DNA of 64,000 bases from Octopus vulgaris. Lineage: Eukaryota. Below the pieces are notes generated by a model, which saw only the letters and a program-made list of their open reading frames with translations, did no database searches and was not told the DNA's origin. The stretch spans positions 96,720,001 to 96,784,000 of the forward strand of contig OX597821.1 in assembly GCA_951406725.2 (NCBI GenBank), written 5' to 3'. How positions within the stretch are numbered: the first letter of the stretch is position 1; the number at the start of each line of letters is the position of its first letter. This document shows positions 61,128 to 64,000 of this stretch, piece by piece. The translations under genes and the position numbers were made by a program.

Positions 61128-62326
61128 TTATGATTTATATTCCTGTTGATGTTTGCTTGATGAATTTTGCGTTTTGGTTGTGGTACTTTACTTGGTTTCG
61201 TTATGTTTTCTGTCTTGTTTTTGGTATTATGTATGCTACTTTTCAATTTCTTGTTAGCATTGTTTTTAACCACCTGGAGAAATGATCTGGGTTTACTTCT
61301 AGATCTAGATCGGTTTTTTGTCCAGTTTCTTGTGGGTAATCTCTGTTGAGGTCTTGAAAATGATCTCCTGTTATTTCTACTGCTAATGGTCTGTTCAAAA
61401 CAATATCTATTTTGTTTGTGCTTTTTGTTCATGTTGTGTGCATTAGGGTGTTTGCATACAAAATGGGAAGAGTTCTTACCGTAGTTCGTCTTCGATTCGT
61501 GGTGAAACGGGTATTCATGTTGCCACGTGTTCTGGTGTATGTTGCGTTGGTGAGGTTGTCCACTTTTAATGCTATTTCTCGGAGTTCTGGTGTCTTTACC
61601 GTAATTTGTAGCATATTTGTCGAGAAATAATTGTTTCCGCTGCCAAAACTTTCTTGATCTGCTTTCTTCTTTTGAGATATCTCTGATCCATAGTTCTCGC
61701 ATTTTTTCTGCTATATTGCCGGTCGTTAGTTTGGATATTTCATCTCTGATTTGATCATCGATAGCTTCGTATTTGGCTTTGTAGCGGGATTGTTTAGACA
61801 GGGTAATGGAGATGTCGGTCCTGAATTTTATCAAACTAAGGTCCCATCGAAGTTTAGTTTCTTCCTCTGGTTCTCCTGCAATTTCTTTAATTAGGTACTT
61901 CCGAGGAAGTATGGGTGCCGCTAAAGATATCCATTTCGAATGTATTTCAGCATATTTTTCGCATTTATATGCCTTCCAGAAGTTTTGTTTTCTTATGTTA
62001 AGGAGTTTTTTCCATGTCTTCTGTATCTCTTCTCTTTTTCGGTGTGCCTCTTTTTCCAGATTTCTTTCGTTTATTTCTGACATCCAAGGAGGTTGTGGTA
62101 GGCTTTCTCTTGTAGATTTTATAATTGTTGGTATCATTTCAGCTAAATTCTTAATTTCAGAGTTTATGTGTTCATTTCCAAGTTTTCCGTCTGTAGACTG
62201 TTTTTCTATTTCCTTTAAAATAGAGGATTGTGTGTCAATCATCGTGATGAGTGTTGATAATTTCGATGAAATTTCCATTAGAATTCTTTCGGATTCTGTT
62301 AATTTTGTTTGTTGCTTTCCAGACAT
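61034..62326 (-). CDS. Upstream ORF1 of the PLE (430 aa from ATG 62326): helical/coiled-coil-like N half, basic K/R/N/S-rich C half
   Basis: Long uninterrupted ORF inside the element repeats. The track start at 62419 is a TTG; the first ATG gives MSGKQQ. It overlaps the RT frame by ~94 nt. Confidence 0.75.
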   Translation of the reverse strand: MSGKQQTKLTESERILMEISSKLSTLITMIDTQSSILKEIEKQSTDGKLGNEHINSEIKNLAEMIPTIIKSTRESLPQPPWMSEINERNLEKEAHRKREEIQKTWKKLLNIRKQNFWKAYKCEKYAEIHSKWISLAAPILPRKYLIKEIAGEPEEETKLRWDLSLIKFRTDISITLSKQSRYKAKYEAIDDQIRDEISKLTTGNIAEKMRELWIRDISKEESRSRKFWQRKQLFLDKYATNYGKDTRTPRNSIKSGQPHQRNIHQNTWQHEYPFHHESKTNYGKNSSHFVCKHPNAHNMNKKHKQNRYCFEQTISSRNNRRSFSRPQQRLPTRNWTKNRSRSRSKPRSFLQVVKNNANKKLKSSIHNTKNKTENITKPSKVPQPKRKIHQANINRNINHNQKKIHFFTSGQQTPEKEKIQEETYPKQLNV

Positions 62327-62951
62327 GTTGGCATATACACAATAGGAATATAGATATATATATATATATGGGTGTGTGTGATTGTGTATAGAAGAATATA
62401 TTAATAAAAAGAATTCCAACCTTGTCTGATTTTCACGTTTTATTTACAATCTTATAATGATATATTATAAGATAATGTATATATATATACATATATATAC
62501 ATATATATATATATTTCTTTACTACCCACAAGGGGCTAAATATACATGCATATATATATACATGCATGTTTATTTGTTTGTGTGTATGGCTAATATGTCT
62601 CCATGCGGTCTATATGTATATTAATGGGTATAAGAGCATACAGCTGTGTGAGTGCCCTTGTGTATGTCAATGATTATGTTCATGTGCTTCTATGTAGAAG
62701 TATTGTTTTGATTTCACTACTGCTCATTGGCATAGAAAGTATTTCGAGGAGTGGTCAGAAAATGTAATTAAAATTAAGATACATCAGTTAGTATGTGTGG
62801 TCTTTGACCTTTGAAATCTATTTGAAAATTACTGTTGCTTAGTCCTATCTCTTGGCTTAATCTTCATATCTTCAGCTGTCTGTTTCCTTTAAAATAATTT
62901 CTAATATATTTTATGAATTTTTATATACTTTTCAAAAACTTTTTCTTTATA

Positions 62952-63347
62952 TCTTTATATATAAAAGAGAAGTTGTGTGTCTGTCTCCTACGATTTAGAT
63001 TCCTAACTACTCCCACATTTTGCGGTACAGTTTAACCAAAACCGGGTATCTTATAGTCGTGATTCATATCGAGCCCTTCTGGGTATTAGCGCGCGTCTAC
63101 GATGAGTCTACGATTTTAAAAACATTTACCATCATTTTTTTCCATTTTAATGCATTTTTTCGCTATTATACAAGGGAAGTAACTCTCTAAAAATGTCTAC
63201 GATGAGTCAACGATTTAAAAAAAAATTACCATAATTTTTTTTCCATTTTTAATGCATTTTTTGGCTATTTTTTGGCTATAACTCTCTAAAAATGCTTATA
63301 TAGTTATTTCCCTTACAAACCCGAGCAACGCCGGGCGATACTGCTAG
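62952..63347 (+). mobile_element. Non-autonomous Helitron
   Basis: Same termini and hairpin; internal ~100-bp duplicated unit. Confidence 0.87.
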
Positions 63348-64000
63348 TTTACTATACCTTACTTTACTTCCTCTCTTTATCTCTTCCTGCATTTTGCTCA
63401 CCTTAAGAGTTTTTCCAGCGCGCTAACGGTCCTGTACCTTAATTGATATGAAACAAAATATCTTTATTTTTATTGACCATACCAAACTACTTTTATGTGG
63501 TCTCAGGCTTACATACATTCTAGATATAAAGAGAAAATTTTGTATGTGCACTTACAATTCAATCATTAGTGTGACCATAATGTTCTGATGATATTATGAG
63601 CTAGTTTTCTTTATCTGAATTGATTTGTGGATATGCAATTGTATTGTATAATGCGCAGCATGCCTATTAGCGCAGACACGTAAGCATAATTTTTTATGCA
63701 CAAAATATATTATATGAAAAGGGCTACGAAACGGCCGTGACCTTAAGGATGACAAGTGACTAAATCAATATACTCATCACTCATAACGCCTTATTAAGGT
63801 TTATGTATATATATATAATACACTAATACACACACACAAACACATACGTATGTATGTCTGTACGTATATACATATTGTTGTTGTTGGCATCCTTTTGTCT
63901 CGGGAGAAAATGGAGTTCCGCATAAACTGATCCAGTCTGGTTTTACATTTCATGTCCTCTCCAGTTTTGCGCAGGCCTTGGAAAGGTGTAAGAAAATCCT

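Larger units (their letters stand above)
58128..62478 (-). mobile_element. Penelope-like retroelement (Neptune-type), apparently full length, flanked by (TA)n
   Basis: Contains an RT+GIY-YIG ORF and an upstream ORF. An ~78-bp direct repeat (ttaataaaaagaattcc.accttgtctgattttcacgttttatttacaatcttataatgatatattataagataat) occurs at ~58128-58204 and ~62401-62477, giving the partial-tandem pLTR layout. Both ends abut TA repeats. Confidence 0.93.

Noticed and set aside
62327-62430. Possible PLE 5' intron (donor-like AAG|GTTGGA / AAG|GTAGGA in the terminal repeat)
   Set aside because: No AG acceptor between the donor and the ORF1 ATG in this copy; cannot be supported.

Overview
Repeat-saturated, AT-rich animal genomic DNA with no confidently identifiable host protein-coding gene. 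The microsatellite density and the tRNA-derived SINE families suggest a coleoid cephalopod such as Octopus (inference). Nearly all long ORFs in the track are translated microsatellites or transposon fragments. Recognisable content: (i) an apparently intact ~4.35-kb Penelope-like retroelement (Neptune-type RT + Cys linker + GIY-YIG; minus strand, 58128-62478). Its RT ORF has no ATG upstream of its conserved N-terminus and overlaps a 430-aa upstream ORF in the -1 frame at a U-UUU-UUU slippery run. Its terminal repeat carries CCAAT/TATA motifs and a minimal hammerhead ribozyme. (ii) About a dozen further hammerhead-like motifs in short (TA)n-embedded non-coding elements, some tandem and some in fold-back palindromes; these are candidate non-autonomous PLE/retrozyme families. 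(iii) R4/Dong-type REL-endonuclease LINEs sitting in (TAA)n arrays, including two near-identical young copies. (iv) Mariner, Tc1 and pogo/Tigger remnants, three non-autonomous Helitrons, CR1/RTE/Tx1 fragments and many SINEs. All ribozyme folds were made by eye and none is tested.
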